Assembly: GCA_023920165.1 (NCBI GenBank)
Contig: CP089277.1
Span: 3,348,001-3,412,000 of the forward strand
Source: Curvularia clavata
Taxonomy: Eukaryota
Reading direction: 5' to 3'
Length of the DNA: 64,000 nucleotides
Position numbers and translations under genes: made by a program. Below the pieces are notes generated by a model. The model had not been told where the DNA came from, made no database searches, and worked only from the letters and a program-made list of their open reading frames with translations. Positions 62,005-64,000 of the stretch are shown piece by piece; the stretch's first letter is position 1; every line of letters starts with the position of its first letter.

Positions 62005-62635
62005 GTTGGCGATTTAGAAGGAGTGGCGTGGGTGAAAGAATCGGTGAGGACCGTTCTATCGGTCGTCGCTCGCGGTGGCCTCGGCGGGCCTTTGCCTCCG
62101 CGTATTAACTAGTAAATGGGGCTGCCGTTGTAGCTGTGTCGACTGATATCGCCGGCCAGATGTATTAGATGCGCGCTGCGCGCAAAGGGCTTTGTTGACT
62201 AGGCAGGGCGCCCAGGCAAAAGGGCTGCACGGGGTTCGGGGGCTCGCCGAGTCGCGCGTCGAGACGGGAGGCGTGCGCGCGTATTAGAAGCGCTCCGGAG
62301 AGCACTACCGGGATCGGCGAGGTGGAAGACGCGCTCTGAGAATGCAGAACGGCCGGTGGTGATGGCGGGGGGTGGGTGGTGGTGAGGGAGTCGTGCTGAG
62401 GGAGCGAGACCATGGTCAAAGCCAGAAGGCGACAACGAGGTCTTGGCGGACCCGGCACTAGTGCAAATGCGGCGCCTTATACCCACTTCACCCGTGCTGC
62501 GCGCCGCGGTCGGTCACTTTGCCAGCTGGGACGCGCCTTTCACTCTGCGCGCATGGACAACGGCTTTTGCATCGACGAAGATGCTGCCCACTGAGCACCT
62601 CATCCAGCACGCCACACTCACTGCAGTGCACCAAA
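62005..62635. promoter_or_regulatory. Divergent (bidirectional) promoter region shared by RPB1 and SWD1
   Basis: 631 bp between head-to-head ATGs. GC-rich, with several CGCG cores. Confidence 0.6.
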
Positions 62636-64000
62636 ATGAATCTGTCGCTGGTTGATCCCTTTGTCCTTGCGCAGGACTGTCCTGATGTTATCACCGGCCG
62701 CCTTCGTGAGTCTTGATCCATTCACCAGGCCGTGGGCCCGCCGTGCAAATTACTCACCACCGCACAGGCAGCGGTCACTCGACCTCAATTCGCTTTAGCC
62801 ACCGCGGCGACCTGCTTGCCTCTGGACGTGTATGTTTGTGTTTCACGTGTGCGCATGGGTTTCGCTGATTTTGTTGCAGCACGACGGCATAGTAGTCATA
62901 TTCGACATTGAGACAAACGGCGTCGCGCGTAAGCTTCGAGGCCACACGCGCCAAGTGCAGTCACTCAGCTGGTCAACCAACGATCGCTATCTTCTCAGCG
63001 CCGGGCAGGACTGGAAGTGCGTGCTATGGGATTTGAAGGATGGCTCGCGTGTGCGCACCGTCCGCTTCGAGGCAGCCATCTTCATAGCAGAGTTGCACCC
63101 AAAGAACCAGTATGCGCGCATGCCATTCTTGATTGTGCCTACAGCTGATTGTATCTAGTATGCTCTTTGTGGCTGCGCTCTTCGAAGACCAACCCGTCAT
63201 TGTGGACATGTCTGGCGACATTCCCGTTAAACACCTGCTATCGTCTGCGCCGCACCGAACGGACATTGAACGAGAGAATGCCACGGAGAAGCAAACAGCA
63301 CAGGATGCAAAGCAGACGACAACCATGACACTTTTCACGCCTACGGGGGAGCACATCATATCCGGGACGAACAAAGGGTGGCTCAACATTATTGAGACAA
63401 AGACACGCCAAGTGCGCTATTCATTCCGGGTCACCAACAACATTATTGTATACATCCGCTTGACGCCGTCTGGTCGAGACGTGGTGGTCAACTCGAGCGA
63501 CCGCATTGTCAGGACACTACATCTGCCGGATCTGAGCGACCCCAAGCTGGATTTTGACACACTGCAGCTAGAGGTTGAACACAAGTTCCAGGACTTGGTG
63601 CAAAGACTGTCATGGAACCATGTTTCCTTCAGCCCTACGGGCGAGTATGTTACTGCGTCGACTTGGATGAACCACCACATTTACGTGTGGGAACGTGGGC
63701 AGGGTAGTTTGGTCAAGATTCTTGAGGGCACCAAAGAAGAGTTGTCCGTTGTGGAGGTGAGTTTGATTGGACATGGTATTGGGAGCTGTCAAAGCTGACT
63801 GTTGTAGTGGCATCCATTCCGGCCTTTTGTTGCGGCGGTCGGCGTAGACTCGGGTCGTGTGTGGCTCTGGTCTATTCTACAGCCGCAGCGGTGGTCTGCG
63901 CTCGCGCCCGACTTCCTTGAGGTGGAAGAAAACGTCGAGTACATTGAGCGCGAGGACGAGTTTGACATTCAGCCCCTAGAGGAGCTGCACAAGCGGCGGC
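62636..64000 (+). CDS. SWD1: COMPASS/Set1C WD40 subunit Swd1 (RBBP5), 3' end beyond window; introns 62706-62767, 62830-62879, 63110-63158, 63757-63807
   Basis: MNLSLVDPFVLAQDCP, LRGHTRQVQSLSWS, EHKFQDLVQRLSW, GSLVKILEG.KEEL, WSALAPDFLEVEENVEYIEREDEFD. Confidence 0.95.

Noticed and set aside
57105..62112. Many long plus-strand ORFs
   Set aside because: Antisense shadows of the codon-biased RPB1 CDS. The same applies to ORFs opposite ATG2, the deaminase and RMD8.
1..64000. CRISPR arrays, intact transposons, rRNA
   Set aside because: No repeat-spacer arrays, transposase/RT ORFs, LTR/TIR pairs or rRNA motifs seen.

Overview
Gene-dense eukaryotic DNA from a filamentous ascomycete. Short GT-AG introns with CTRAY branch points support this; Dothideomycetes/Pleosporales is my inference from the protein families. 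It holds about 20 protein-coding loci: SFP1 (5' part), a BTB protein, CLR2, an ADGF/ADA2-type adenosine deaminase, ATG2, an MFS permease, UBC11/UBE2C, an ELL-like factor, DUF2237, RMD8-like, RAX1, a 2OG-Fe(II) oxygenase, RPB1 and SWD1 (5' part), plus several hypotheticals. I found no intact transposon, tRNA or CRISPR. Four signals are invisible to the ORF track. (1) A nuclear RNase P RNA at 55190-55590 (-) has an internal U6 tract, a structured leader and an intron-like element right after its 3' end, hinting at Pol II/spliceosome-linked biogenesis. (2) An otherwise intact 3-exon gene at 33652-35168 (-) is broken only by two TAG codons where Trp fits, so it is either a target of stop-correcting A-to-I editing or a young/RIP pseudogene. 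(3) An AUG-free open frame upstream of SFP1 has a well-placed CUG, a candidate 93-aa non-AUG extension. (4) The RPB1 CTD is strongly degenerate. All family assignments are from my recognition of motifs; no searches were run.
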